From NCBI GenBank assembly GCA_051009015.1, contig JBPCWZ010000060.1:1-33512 (forward strand): a stretch of 33,512 nt of DNA, in the 5' to 3' direction. The position numbers were made by a program, and so were the translations under genes. The stretch is from Gammaproteobacteria bacterium. GTDB lineage: Bacteria; Pseudomonadota; Gammaproteobacteria; Tethybacterales; Persebacteraceae. Shown piece by piece: positions 1-9,427 of this stretch (positions are counted from its first letter, which is position 1; every line of letters begins with the position of its first letter). The notes beneath the pieces were generated by a model that was not told the origin of the DNA, did no database searches, and saw only the letters and a program-made list of their open reading frames with translations.

Positions 1-1
1 C

Positions 2-196
2 GGCGCGGTTTATCTTGACACATACCGCTTTGGCGTAATGCCGTATATCAACGACGAAACCCGCGTTTTCGCCGGTTTGGATTCCTACGGCAACAAGATA
101 TTCGCTGTTGATGTCAATGCCGAAAACCAGCACAGATTTGGCATAGCCCTCGGCGAAGGATACGCCGTCCAATACGAGTTGCGCGTCCGGTTATAA
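2..196 (+). CDS. 3' end of a CDS entering from upstream (64 codons + stop), function unknown
   Basis: Frame 2 is open from the window edge to TAA at 194-196 (...HRFGIALGEGYAVQYELRVRL*). It is absent from the ORF track because it has no start in the window. The alternating hydrophobic/polar pattern is compatible with a beta-rich protein, but I recognise no family motif. Confidence 0.35.
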   Translation, partial: GAVYLDTYRFGVMPYINDETRVFAGLDSYGNKIFAVDVNAENQHRFGIALGEGYAVQYELRVRL

Positions 197-207
197 CAAC
201 CAATTAC

Positions 208-388
208 CGTCATTCCCGCGAAAGCGGGAATCCAAACGCGCCCGCAAGGGCGCCCCTTCGGGGCTTTAATTATGAGTGCGCTTCGCGCCCTCAGGGTTTG
301 CCATTTGCGGCGGCAAAGCCGCCGTTTGCGCTTTCGCGCAAATGGACAAATGGCAAGGGTTTGGATTCCCGCTTTCGCGGGAATGACG
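208..388. repeat. MITE/NIME-like structured element bounded by perfect 30-bp inverted repeats, each containing a dRS3-type palindrome ATTCCC-N8-GGGAAT
   Basis: 208-237 cgtcattcccgcgaaagcgggaatccaaac is the exact reverse complement of 359-388. The internal segment holds further palindromes (ccatttgcg 301-309 with cgcaaatgg 337-345; cggcggc-aaa-gccgccg about 307-323). A partial extra arm gcgggaatgacgg lies at 394-406. Confidence 0.75.
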
Positions 389-391
389 AGG

Positions 392-443
392 GGGCGGGAA
401 TGACGGTATTATAGCCCTGTAAGGGCGTCCCGCCCGTTTTTTT
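392..443 (+). terminator. Rho-independent terminator-like hairpin followed by a T7 tract
   Basis: gggcggga (392-399) pairs with tcccgccc (428-435), followed by g and ttttttt (437-443). The long 28-nt loop has an inner gccct/agggc stem. The T tract is present only in the + orientation, so it would serve the upstream + strand CDS. Confidence 0.45.
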
Positions 444-444
444 G

Positions 445-1125
445 TTATCCAAAGCCGCCGCTTAGTTTGCCGTTTTGGAGATGCCATTGGCGGGTGGTTT
501 GGATGGTGTCGGTGAAGGGGGGATGTCCCGCTGTGATGATTGTTGCGTTTTGCCCGCGCAGTTGTATTAGCATCTTTGCCGTGCGCTTTGTGCTTTCGGC
601 GTCCAAATGCGCCGCCGGTTCGTCCAGTAAATACAACCTCGGTTGCAAAGCGCGGATTCTTGCCAATGCCGTGCGGCGTTGTTCGCCGCCGGATAACTTG
701 TCGGCGCGCATGTCGGCAAGATGAAAAACGCCCGCCCATTGCATCGCCTCAACCGCCCGCTCCGCCCGCATTTGCGGCTTTGTCGCCATCCGCCGCAAGC
801 CGTATTCAACATTGGCGCGCACGCTGGCGGCAAAAAGATGCGGCGTTTGATGCAAATACGACACCATCGGCGCGCCGCGCGGATAGGGGGTTTTGCCGTC
901 AAACAACAACCGCCGCGCGCCGTCCGGCGGCAGCAAACCCGCCAGAATTTTAAGCAGCGTTGTTTTGCCGCTGCCGTTCTCTCCCGTCAGCGCTATGCTG
1001 TCGCCCTCTGTTATTGTCAGTTCGCCGATATCCAAAACGGCGCGCCCGCCGTAGGATTTTGTTATCCCCCCGGCATGCACAAGTTGCGCTTTTTTTTCGC
1101 CGCTCACCGGTTTCCCTGCACCCAC
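445..1125 (-). CDS. tupC: ABC transporter ATP-binding protein, tungstate-type (TupC-like)
   Basis: Walker A GENGSGKTT, ABC signature LSGGEQRR and Walker B LYLLDEP are present. It is the last gene of a permease/binding-protein operon. The ORF starts with GTG at 1125; an alternative GTG at 1107 forms a GTGA overlap with the permease stop. Confidence 0.8.
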   Translation of the reverse strand: MGAGKPVSGEKKAQLVHAGGITKSYGGRAVLDIGELTITEGDSIALTGENGSGKTTLLKILAGLLPPDGARRLLFDGKTPYPRGAPMVSYLHQTPHLFAASVRANVEYGLRRMATKPQMRAERAVEAMQWAGVFHLADMRADKLSGGEQRRTALARIRALQPRLYLLDEPAAHLDAESTKRTAKMLIQLRGQNATIITAGHPPFTDTIQTTRQWHLQNGKLSGGFG

Positions 1126-1793
1126 GACAATAGCGCCGATGCCGCCAGCGCCAAAAAAACCAAAACCATCCCCAGCGCAATGCCCTCGGCAAACTTTCCC
1201 GCCCCCGTTTCCAATGCTATCGCCGTTGTGATATTGCGCGTGTAATGGGCGATATTGCCGCCGACCATCAGCGCGCAGCCGACTTCGGATATCGCCCGCC
1301 CGAAGCCCGTCAGCAATGCCGCGATAATGCCAAAGCGCGCTTCCGCCATTTCGGTCAGCGCCGCCCGCAGTTTGGATGCGCCGAGGGTTTGCGCCGTTTC
1401 GCCGATGCGGTTGTCGTTTTTTTGCAGCGCGGCAAGGGCGAAAACCGTCAGCACCGGAAAAACAATTAACGCCTGCCCTATCGCCATCGCCGCCGGCGTA
1501 AAAAGCAAATCAAAAGCGCCCAAAATGCCGCGCCGCGAAAGAAGCAAATACAATATCAACCCGATGGCGACGGTCGGAAAAGACAACAAACTTTGCAAAA
1601 CCGCCAGCACAACCCGCCGCCCGAAAAATGCGCGATTGGCAAGAAAATATGCCGCCGCCAGCGCCGGAGGAGCCGCCGCCAGCAAAGCGGCAAAAGCGAC
1701 AAAAAGCGACACGCCGATTATCTGCCACAAACCGGGGTCGCCGGAAAATAACAAATGCACCGCCAGCGCAAACGCCGATGCGGGCTCGGTCAT
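1104..1793 (-). CDS. tupB: ABC transporter permease (TupB-like)
   Basis: The track ORF 1104..2147 was trimmed to the ATG at 1793 (MTEPASAFALAVHLL...). That start overlaps the upstream gene's stop by 4 nt. The protein is multi-pass hydrophobic and of typical length (229 aa). Confidence 0.75.
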   Translation of the reverse strand: MTEPASAFALAVHLLFSGDPGLWQIIGVSLFVAFAALLAAAPPALAAAYFLANRAFFGRRVVLAVLQSLLSFPTVAIGLILYLLLSRRGILGAFDLLFTPAAMAIGQALIVFPVLTVFALAALQKNDNRIGETAQTLGASKLRAALTEMAEARFGIIAALLTGFGRAISEVGCALMVGGNIAHYTRNITTAIALETGAGKFAEGIALGMVLVFLALAASALLSWVQGNR

Positions 1794-2632
1794 TGCCTGT
1801 TTTCCCGCACCGGCGAAAACAAACGCTCGCCAAACTTTTGATGCGCGGCGATAATCCCTTGCGCCCGCGGCGATAGCAGCCACTTGCCAAAACGCCGCGC
1901 CAGTGCGGTGTTTGTTTGCGGATGGCGCGCGGGGTTGATGATGATAATGCTGTATTCGTTTTTGAGCGGGGGGTTGTCGGTTGTTATGATGCGCAGGTCT
2001 GTTTTGTCGCGCAGTGCCGCGAAAGTCGCCGAGTCGCTGAGAATGTAGGCGCGCAGTTGGTCCGCCATCAGCAAAGCCCGCCCCATTCCCGCGCCCGCGC
2101 GAATGCGCCATTTGCCGTTTATGTCCGCCGCTTGGCTTTGCCGCCATAACTGCATTTCTTTTTTGTGCGTGCCGGAATCATCGCCGCGCGAGATGAAAGG
2201 CGCGCGTTTTGTTGCGATAATCTTCATCGCTTCGGCGATGCCGCCCGCTTGTTTGACGGCGGCGGGGTCGTTTGGCGGTCCCGCCAAAACAAAGGCGTTA
2301 TGCATTATCGTTTGCCTGCCGATGCCGTGCCCGTCTTTGACATATTGCTCCTCGCTTTCGGGCGCATGCACCAAAAGCATGTCAACATCGCCTTGCTCGC
2401 CGAGTTTCAATGCCTTGCCGGTACCGGCGACGACGACATGCACGCGGCATTCGCACTCTTTCTCAAAAGCCGGAATGAGCGATTCCAACAGCCCGGCATT
2501 ATGCACGGAAGTTGTCGCCGCGATGCGGAGGGTGTTGTTGTCGGCGGCGAAGAAAACGGCAAAGGCGATTGCCGCTATCATTACGGCGGCGGCGATGGTT
2601 TTGGCGGCGGTTTTTATTATCATGCGCGGCAT
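1790..2632 (-). CDS. tupA: Tungstate ABC transporter substrate-binding protein (TupA-like, PBP_like_2)
   Basis: The track ORF was trimmed to the ATG at 2632 (MPRMIIKTAAKTIAAAVMIAAIAF signal/anchor). It carries the ATTTS...AGLLESLIPAFEK...VVAGTGKALKLGEQGDVDMLLVHAP block, which I recall as characteristic of TupA-family binding proteins. Confidence 0.7.
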   Translation of the reverse strand: MPRMIIKTAAKTIAAAVMIAAIAFAVFFAADNNTLRIAATTSVHNAGLLESLIPAFEKECECRVHVVVAGTGKALKLGEQGDVDMLLVHAPESEEQYVKDGHGIGRQTIMHNAFVLAGPPNDPAAVKQAGGIAEAMKIIATKRAPFISRGDDSGTHKKEMQLWRQSQAADINGKWRIRAGAGMGRALLMADQLRAYILSDSATFAALRDKTDLRIITTDNPPLKNEYSIIIINPARHPQTNTALARRFGKWLLSPRAQGIIAAHQKFGERLFSPVRENRQ

Positions 2633-2706
2633 AAAATAATTGTAGCAGTTAACTATCGCAAGAAACGGATTGCAAAGGCGGGGCGAAGTTTGCGACAATT
2701 GCACCG

Positions 2707-3576
2707 ATGACAACCTGCACCTACGATAAGACCGACCAAAAGATGGCAGCCGCCATCCGCCGCCTGCAAAGCGGCGCGCCCGCCGCGCTCGCCGATGCGG
2801 CAAAAGCGGTGCAGATGTCGCCGGGGCATTTTCAGCGGCAGTTTAAGCGGTGGGTCGGCATATCGCCGAAGCAGTTTGCCGCCGCCTTGACATTGGCGCA
2901 AGTCAAAAAGCGCCTTGCCGCCGGAGAGAGCATTTTGGCGGCGGCGTGGGATGCCGGGCTGTCGGGCGGCGGGCGGGCGCATGATTTGTTTGTCGGCTTT
3001 GAGGGGGCGACTCCCGGTGCTTTTTGCCGCCGGGGGGAGGGTTTGTCTTTTTGGTTTGGCAATGCGCACACTTTTCTGGGCGCGGTTTTTGTCGCCGGGA
3101 CGGAGCGCGGCATAAGTTTGTTGCGCTTTGCCGATGACGCAAAAAGCACGGAAGATAATGCCGCCGCCTTTCGCGCCGAGTTGGCAAAAAGATGGCCCTT
3201 GGCGCAAATGCGCGCCGACAACAAAAGCGCCAAAAAAATCGCCGCATTGATGTTTGCCGATGACAACAATGACGGCAACAAAATACCGCTGGCGGTTTCC
3301 GGCACTAACTTTCAGGTCAATGTCTGGCGGGCGCTTTTGGCGATTCCGCCCGGCTGCGTTGCCGGTTATGGCGCTTTGGCGCGGGTGATAGGTTGCCAAA
3401 AAGCGGCGCGCGCGGTCGGGCGGGCGGCGGCGGCAAATCCGGTTGCGGTGTTGATTCCGTGTCATCGCCTTTTGGCGTCAAACGGCGCGATTAATGAAAG
3501 AATAAGCGGTTATGAATGGGGCGTGGCGCGCAAGCGGGTGCTTTTGGCGCGCGAGTTTTCGGGCGGCGGGGGTTGA
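2707..3576 (+). CDS. AraC-type HTH domain fused to methylated-DNA-[protein]-cysteine S-methyltransferase (Ada/Ogt-like)
   Basis: The N-terminus has the AraC HTH AKAVQMSPGHFQRQFKRWVGISPKQF. The C-terminus has the active-site PCHRL motif (IPCHRLLASNG) and GYEWG...K..LL..E, typical of O6-alkylguanine-DNA alkyltransferases. Confidence 0.8.
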   Translation: MTTCTYDKTDQKMAAAIRRLQSGAPAALADAAKAVQMSPGHFQRQFKRWVGISPKQFAAALTLAQVKKRLAAGESILAAAWDAGLSGGGRAHDLFVGFEGATPGAFCRRGEGLSFWFGNAHTFLGAVFVAGTERGISLLRFADDAKSTEDNAAAFRAELAKRWPLAQMRADNKSAKKIAALMFADDNNDGNKIPLAVSGTNFQVNVWRALLAIPPGCVAGYGALARVIGCQKAARAVGRAAAANPVAVLIPCHRLLASNGAINERISGYEWGVARKRVLLAREFSGGGG

Positions 3577-3579
3577 CGG

Positions 3580-4515
3580 ATGAATACCGCCGATTGGTTG
3601 CGCTTGTCCGCCTTGTCTTTGTTGTGGGGGACTTCGTTTTTTTTCGTGGAAGTTGCGCTGGGCGCGGCTATGCCGTTTGCGATATCGTGGGGGCGCGTGT
3701 CGCTTGCCGCCGTCTTTTTGTTGTTGTGGCATTGGCGGCGGTTGTCGTCTATTGTCTTGCGCTGGCGTTATTATATTGTGCTGGCGTTTTTCAGTAATGC
3801 CTTGCCGTTTTCGTGTTTTGCCTGGGGGCAGCAGTTTATCAACAGCGGAATGGCAGGCGTTTTGAACTCCACAACTCCGCTTTTTGCCATTGTATTGGTG
3901 CGCTTGGCGACCGGCAAACGCCGCCGCCCTCTTACATGGTTTGGCGTTTTTTGCGGCTTTTTCGGCGCGGCGCTTTTGCTTTTGCCCGGCAGCGGCGGCG
4001 GCATTGGCGGCATTAGCGCCACCGCCGGTGCTGTCGCTTGTCTGGTGGCGGCGGCTTCTTACAGCATCGGCGCGTATTGGGGGAATAAGTGGGTGCGCGA
4101 AAACGCCCCGTCCGAAAATGCCTGCGGGATGTTGTTGTTTGCGTCATTGTTGTTATTGCCGGTTGTCGTCTTTGGCGGTTTTTTGCAGGACGGCGCGACA
4201 TGGACGGCGGCGGGCGCGGAAAATGCGGCGAAGGCGTTTTATCCGCTGCCGATGCTGGGTTTAATCGGCGTGGGAGTGCTTGGGACTTTGTTCGCGTATT
4301 CGTTGTATTTTCGTTTGCTGGCAAATGTCGGCGCGGTTAATACCGTGCTGGTGACTTTTTTGATACCGCCGATATCGGCATTGCTCGGCGCGGCTTTTTT
4401 GGACGAAGTGCTGACGCCGACATTTTTCGCCGGTGCGGCGTTTATCTTATTCGGTTTGGCTGCCGTGGATGGGCGGTTGTTTGATATGGCGCGGGCGCGG
4501 TTGTTTGGCGGATGA
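3580..4515 (+). CDS. EamA/DMT-family transporter
   Basis: The 311-aa protein has about 10 hydrophobic helices and two EamA-like halves ([14 protein letters not shown]...; [28 protein letters not shown]). Confidence 0.7.
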   Translation: MNTADWLRLSALSLLWGTSFFFVEVALGAAMPFAISWGRVSLAAVFLLLWHWRRLSSIVLRWRYYIVLAFFSNALPFSCFAWGQQFINSGMAGVLNSTTPLFAIVLVRLATGKRRRPLTWFGVFCGFFGAALLLLPGSGGGIGGISATAGAVACLVAAASYSIGAYWGNKWVRENAPSENACGMLLFASLLLLPVVVFGGFLQDGATWTAAGAENAAKAFYPLPMLGLIGVGVLGTLFAYSLYFRLLANVGAVNTVLVTFLIPPISALLGAAFLDEVLTPTFFAGAAFILFGLAAVDGRLFDMARARLFGG

Positions 4516-4600
4516 GGGAGAAGGCGAAAAGGCGTGGTTTGATAAATTTGTTTTTGCGCCGCAAAAGGCGGATAATAACGCGCTTGACGGGGAATATGCT

Positions 4601-7417
4601 GTGACTCTTAATCTTTTGAAAACGCCCTTTCCGATGCGCGGCGACCTCGCAAAGCGCGAGCCGGAAATGCTTGACTTGTGGCACAAGACGCGGCTATACC
4701 AACGCATACGGCGGGAATGCCGGGGGCGGCGGAAGTTTGTTTTGCACGATGGCCCGCCTTATGCCAATGGCAAATTGCACATGGGGCATGCCGTCAATAA
4801 AATACTAAAAGACATTGTCGTGCGCAGCAAGACACTCGCCGGTTTTGACGCGCCCTATCTGCCCGGCTGGGATTGCCACGGGTTGCCGATTGAACATCAG
4901 GTGGAAAAATCCGGCGGCGACCGCAAAAACCCCGGCGCATTCCGCAAACAATGCCGCGCCTTTGCCGAAACGCAAATCGCATTGCAGCGCGAAGGGTTTA
5001 TGCGCATGGGCGTTATGGGCGAATGGGACTCCCCTTACAAAACAATGGCGCCGCAAACCGAAGCGGGAATTATCCGCGCACTCGCCGAAATATATCAACG
5101 CGGATTAATCACCCGGCGGCAAAAGCCGGTGCTTTGGTGTACAAACTGCGCATCCGCACTTGCCGAAGCGGAAGTGGAATATGAAGAGCGCAACTCGGAT
5201 GCCATTGATGTTTTTTTTGCCGCCGAAGATTGCGCGGCGGCTGCCAAAGTTTTCGGCATCAGTAATAGCGATAACAATAGCGGTAATATCGGCGCGGCGA
5301 TTTGGACAACAACCGCATGGACACTGCCGGCAAACCGCGCCATCTGCGCGCATCCGCAAATGGAATATGCATTGATGGAAGTTAGCGGGCGGCGGGTTAT
5401 TGTCGCGGCGGAATTGGCAAAGGCGGCATTAAAACGCTGGGGCGGCGATGATGGCCATTATCGCGAACTCGGGCGCGCGCGCGGTGAACAATTGCAAGGG
5501 CTGGTTTTTCGTCATCCGTTTTACGACCGCCCCTCCCCGCTTTTGTGCGGCGAGCATGTAACCGCCGAAGTCGGCACCGGCTTGGTGCATACCGCGCCCG
5601 CACATGGCGAGGAAGATTTTCACATCGGGCGGCAACATAATATGCCGGTTGATGCGCCGGTTGACGGGCGCGGGTTTTTTATCCCCGACCTTTCGCTTTT
5701 TGGCGGCGATAATATCTGGAAAGCGGTGCCGAAGATTATCGGCGAATTGCAAGAGCGCGGCGCGCTTTTGGCAGCGGAAAAATATCCGCATAGTTATCCT
5801 TTGTGCTGGCGGCACAAATCGCCGGTTATCTTTCGCGCGACATGGCAATGGTTTGTGGCGATGGATAAGCAAAGGCAGGGCGAAGGTGATAATCGCACTT
5901 TGCGCGAGATAGCATTGTCCGCCATTGACGACACGGCGTTTTTTCCGCCGTCCGGTCAAAACCGGTTGCGGATGATGATAGAAAACCGCCCCGATTGGTG
6001 TTTGTCGCGCCAGCGTTTTTGGAATGTTCCGGCGGCTTTTTTCATCAACAAAAAAACCGGCGAAGAACATCCGCACACTGCCGGGTTGATGGAAAAAGCC
6101 GCGGCGATGGTGGAAACCGGCGGCATTGAAGCATGGTATGACGCGGGCATTGGCGATTTTCTGGACGGCGCGGAAGCGGAGGAGTATGAAAAAAGCACCG
6201 ATGCGCTTGATGTCTGGTTTGACTCCGGCGTCAGTCATCGGGCGGTTTTGGATTGGCGCGGCGATGATGACGGGCAGCCGGATATGTATCTGGAAGGGTC
6301 CGACCAGCATCGCGGCTGGTTTCATTCTTCGCTTTTGACCGGCGCGGCGATATTCGGGCGCGCCCCTTACCGGCAGATTCTCACACACGGGTTTGTCGTT
6401 TCCGGCGACGGGCGCAAGATGTCAAAATCTATCGGCAATGTCGTCTCGCCGGATGATGTGATAAAACAAAACGGCGCCGATATTTTGCGCTTGTGGGTAG
6501 CATCATCCGACTACGGCGGCGAGATAGCATCATCGCCGGAGATAACCAAAGGAGTGGTGGAAAAATACCGCCGGTTGCGCAACAGCATTCGCTTTTTGCT
6601 TGCCAACCTTTCGGATTTTGACCCGAATGCCGATGCGCTTGACGCCGGGCAAATGCTTGAGATTGACCGCTATGCCCTGGCGATGACCGAACAATGGCGC
6701 ATGCAGGCGGCGGCGGATTATGCCAAATACGATTTTCATTCGGCGATGAATGCGCTGCAATATTTTTGTTCCCTGCGCCTTGGCAGTTTTTATTTGGACA
6801 TTCTCAAAGACCGCCTTTACACCTGCCCGAAAAACAGCCGCGCGCGGCGTTCGGCGCAAAGCGCGCTTTATCCCATTACCGAAGCGATTGTCAAACTTGC
6901 GGCGCCGGTGCTTTGTTTTACCGCCGACGAAGCATGGCGGGTTTTGCATAACGACGAATCGCAAAGCCCGATGCTGCATACTTTTGCCACACCCCTGCCG
7001 CAACCTTCGGATGCCGATGCATTGCGCGGCAAATGGCAGTTGATTATCAAAGCGCGCGAGCGCGTGTTGCGCGAGTTGGAAAAGGCGCGCGAAGCGGGGA
7101 TGATACGCTCTTCGCTGGAAGCGGAAGTGGATATTGGCAGCGACGGCGAAGAATATGATGCGCTTTTCTCCCTCGGCGATGAGTTGCGTTATGTTTTCAT
7201 CGTCTCCCGTGCGCGCTTGCATCGGGGCGAAAGTGTTGTCAAAGCGGCGGCGTGTAATGCGCCAAAATGCTCCCGCTGCTGGCATCGCGAAGAATCGGTC
7301 GGCGAAGTCAAAGCGCAAAAGGAGCGGGAAGAAAAGGCGGAGGAGAATACGGCGTTATTGTGCGCGCGATGTCTTTTGGCGACGGGTGATGATGACGGCG
7401 GGCGGCGTTTTGTTTAG
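4601..7417 (+). CDS. ileS: Isoleucine--tRNA ligase
   Basis: [23 protein letters not shown] aligns with the E. coli IleS N-terminus, so the start was moved to the in-frame GTG at 4601. Motifs present: HMGH (class I HIGH), KMSKS, and a C-terminal CxxC Zn motif (CSRCWH...CARC). Confidence 0.9.
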   Translation: MTLNLLKTPFPMRGDLAKREPEMLDLWHKTRLYQRIRRECRGRRKFVLHDGPPYANGKLHMGHAVNKILKDIVVRSKTLAGFDAPYLPGWDCHGLPIEHQVEKSGGDRKNPGAFRKQCRAFAETQIALQREGFMRMGVMGEWDSPYKTMAPQTEAGIIRALAEIYQRGLITRRQKPVLWCTNCASALAEAEVEYEERNSDAIDVFFAAEDCAAAAKVFGISNSDNNSGNIGAAIWTTTAWTLPANRAICAHPQMEYALMEVSGRRVIVAAELAKAALKRWGGDDGHYRELGRARGEQLQGLVFRHPFYDRPSPLLCGEHVTAEVGTGLVHTAPAHGEEDFHIGRQHNMPVDAPVDGRGFFIPDLSLFGGDNIWKAVPKIIGELQERGALLAAEKYPHSYPLCWRHKSPVIFRATWQWFVAMDKQRQGEGDNRTLREIALSAIDDTAFFPPSGQNRLRMMIENRPDWCLSRQRFWNVPAAFFINKKTGEEHPHTAGLMEKAAAMVETGGIEAWYDAGIGDFLDGAEAEEYEKSTDALDVWFDSGVSHRAVLDWRGDDDGQPDMYLEGSDQHRGWFHSSLLTGAAIFGRAPYRQILTHGFVVSGDGRKMSKSIGNVVSPDDVIKQNGADILRLWVASSDYGGEIASSPEITKGVVEKYRRLRNSIRFLLANLSDFDPNADALDAGQMLEIDRYALAMTEQWRMQAAADYAKYDFHSAMNALQYFCSLRLGSFYLDILKDRLYTCPKNSRARRSAQSALYPITEAIVKLAAPVLCFTADEAWRVLHNDESQSPMLHTFATPLPQPSDADALRGKWQLIIKARERVLRELEKAREAGMIRSSLEAEVDIGSDGEEYDALFSLGDELRYVFIVSRARLHRGESVVKAAACNAPKCSRCWHREESVGEVKAQKEREEKAEENTALLCARCLLATGDDDGGRRFV

Positions 7418-7871
7418 GCGGCTGCTTGTTTTTGCGGCGGTATGCCTGCCGGTTTTTGCCCTTGACCGGCGTGTCAAGAGCATTATTATGACAAAGCCGG
7501 ACGATTGGCAATTGGATGTCAATGATTATTTCACACTGGTCAATGCCCGCAACGACGGCATTGCTTTTGGCTTGTTTGCCGGCGGCGGGCAGTTTGGCGT
7601 TTGGTTTTTTTCGGCTGTTGCATTGTTGCTTTTTGCCACGCTGGTTTTTTGCGCCGCCCGCAGCGAAAGCGCCGTTGAACGGGCTGCGATGGCATTGATG
7701 GCCGGCGGGGCGATTGGCAATGTTTATGACCGTTTGCGCTTTGGTTATGTTGTGGATTTTGCCGATGCGCATTTGGGCGGTTATCATTGGCCTGCTTTTA
7801 ATATCGCCGATGCCGCCATTAGCATCGGCGCATTGTTGTGGATAACTTTGCTTTTTTGGCGCGGCAAGTGA
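7389..7871 (+). CDS. lspA: Lipoprotein signal peptidase II
   Basis: The track ORF was trimmed to ATGATG at 7389. It has NDGIAFG and [11 protein letters not shown] motifs, 4 TM segments, the classical ileS-lspA arrangement, and a 29-nt overlap with ileS. Confidence 0.85.
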   Translation: MMTAGGVLFRRLLVFAAVCLPVFALDRRVKSIIMTKPDDWQLDVNDYFTLVNARNDGIAFGLFAGGGQFGVWFFSAVALLLFATLVFCAARSESAVERAAMALMAGGAIGNVYDRLRFGYVVDFADAHLGGYHWPAFNIADAAISIGALLWITLLFWRGK

Positions 7872-7886
7872 TAGAATCGGCGGGTT

Positions 7887-8297
7887 ATGAACGAACGCAC
7901 ACTTTCCCTGATAAAACCGGACGCCGTCGGCAAAAACAAGATAGGCGCCATTTACATGCGCTTTGAAGATGCCGGCTTGCGCATTGTCGCCGCCCGAATG
8001 CTGCATCTGAGCGACGAGCGGGCGCGGGCTTTTTATGCCGTGCATAAAGAGCGCCCGTTTTTTGACGGGCTGGTGTCTTTTATGACTTCCGGGCCGATTG
8101 TGGCGCAAGTGCTTGAAGGCGATGACGCCGTGGCAAAAAACCGCACCCTGATGGGCGCGACCGACCCGGCAAAAGCCGCACCCGGCACCATCCGCGCCGA
8201 TTTTGCCGACAATGTTGAAGCCAATGCCGTGCATGGTTCCGACTCTCCCCAAACGGCGCGCGAAGAGATTGCCTTTTTCTTTCCGGATTTGGACTGA
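7887..8297 (+). CDS. ndk: Nucleoside diphosphate kinase
   Basis: [12 protein letters not shown] is present, and NAVHGSDS contains the catalytic His. Confidence 0.92.
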   Translation: MNERTLSLIKPDAVGKNKIGAIYMRFEDAGLRIVAARMLHLSDERARAFYAVHKERPFFDGLVSFMTSGPIVAQVLEGDDAVAKNRTLMGATDPAKAAPGTIRADFADNVEANAVHGSDSPQTAREEIAFFFPDLD

Positions 8298-9427
8298 TGA
8301 TGCGCGAGACGCCGGGCGCACAACCGGCGCAACCGACACAAGAAGCGGCGGCGGAAGTTGGCGGGGAACATTCCAAAGTTAATCTTTTGGGTTTGGACCG
8401 CACGGCGCTTTCGCTTTTTTTGCAAAAGCAAGGGGCGAAAAGATACCGCGCCGAACAACTTTTTCGCCGCTTGCACAAAGGCGGCGACAATCCTTTTATT
8501 GACCTGCCGCCGGATTTGCGCGCGCACCTGCAACAAACAACGACAACGGAAGAACCGCATCAAAAGGCGGTTTTGCCGGCACAGGACGGCACGCGCAAAC
8601 TGCTGTTTGACATCGGCGGCGAAGTGATAGACGCCGTCCTCATCCCGCAGGGCGGGCGGCTGACGCTTTGCGTATCATCGCAAGTCGGCTGCGCTTTGGC
8701 TTGCCGGTTTTGCCTGACCGGCAAGCAGGGTTTCTCGCGCAACTTGACTTCGGCGCAAATCATCGCGCAGTTGCGCGCCGCCAACCGGCTGGCATATCCG
8801 GCGCGGGTCAGCAATGTCGTAATGATGGGAATGGGCGAGCCGCTTTTGAACCTGCCCGCGCTCCTGCCCGCTTTGCGGGTGATGACCGATGATTTGGCTT
8901 TTGCCCTGCCGCCCCGGCGGGTTACGGTTTCCACCGCCGGCATTGTCCCGGCGATGGCGCATCTGAAAGCCGGGGCAAAATGCGCCCTTGCGGTTTCCCT
9001 GCATGCGCCGGGCGATTCTTTGCGCGATGAACTGATGCCCATAAACCGCCGCTATCCGCTGGCGATGCTGATGGCGGCATGCCGCGAACACATCGGCGAA
9101 AACAAGCGCGAGTTTGTAACAATGGAATATGTCATGCTAAAAGGCATTAACGACGGCGATGCCTGCGCGCGCGACTTGACGCGCCTTTTGCGCGGGTTGC
9201 GGTGCAAGGTTAATCTGATACCTTTTAATATTTTTCCCGACACCGAATACACTCCTTCGCCGATGGCGGCGATTATGGCATTTCGCGATATTCTTGTGCG
9301 CGCCGGTTTTGTGGCGACCATTCGCAAAACACGCGGAGACGACATCCTCGCCGCCTGCGGGCAACTCGCCGGACAAGTGCGCGACATATCAAAAACCATT
9401 AATATCCAAAATGACGCCCGCCGATAA
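8297..9427 (+). CDS. rlmN: 23S rRNA/tRNA (adenine-C2)-methyltransferase, radical SAM
   Basis: It has the CVSSQVGCALACRFCLTG radical-SAM CxxxCxxC cluster and the C-terminal GDDILAACGQL motif. Its ATG overlaps the ndk TGA. Confidence 0.9.
   Translation: MMRETPGAQPAQPTQEAAAEVGGEHSKVNLLGLDRTALSLFLQKQGAKRYRAEQLFRRLHKGGDNPFIDLPPDLRAHLQQTTTTEEPHQKAVLPAQDGTRKLLFDIGGEVIDAVLIPQGGRLTLCVSSQVGCALACRFCLTGKQGFSRNLTSAQIIAQLRAANRLAYPARVSNVVMMGMGEPLLNLPALLPALRVMTDDLAFALPPRRVTVSTAGIVPAMAHLKAGAKCALAVSLHAPGDSLRDELMPINRRYPLAMLMAACREHIGENKREFVTMEYVMLKGINDGDACARDLTRLLRGLRCKVNLIPFNIFPDTEYTPSPMAAIMAFRDILVRAGFVATIRKTRGDDILAACGQLAGQVRDISKTINIQNDARR

Noticed and set aside
208-406. Possible CRISPR array
   Set aside because: The repeats are inverted rather than direct, there are only two and a half copies, spacing is not regular, and no cas genes are present in the window.
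266-739. 157-aa minus-strand ORF and other small ORFs across the repeat region and the ABC ATPase gene
   Set aside because: The frame runs through the inverted-repeat element and out of frame over the ATPase gene. The translation is very basic and low-complexity.
2633-2706. Molybdenum-cofactor riboswitch or ModE operator upstream of tupA
   Set aside because: Only 74 nt are available, which is too short for a Moco riboswitch. I could not find a convincing ModE-type inverted repeat.
4433-4600. N-terminal 56-codon extension of the ileS ORF in the track
   Set aside because: It overlaps the EamA transporter 3' end. Homology to the IleS N-terminus begins at [14 protein letters not shown], right after the in-frame GTG at 4601.
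5429-6388. 319-aa ORF on the minus strand
   Set aside because: It is entirely antisense to ileS, whose product aligns with IleS motifs throughout. The translation is Arg/Pro/Ala-rich with no motif, which is typical of a shadow ORF in GC-rich DNA.
7308-8339. 343-aa ORF on the minus strand
   Set aside because: It is antisense to the ileS 3' end, lspA and ndk, all of which have clear family motifs. It is low-complexity with no recognisable domain.
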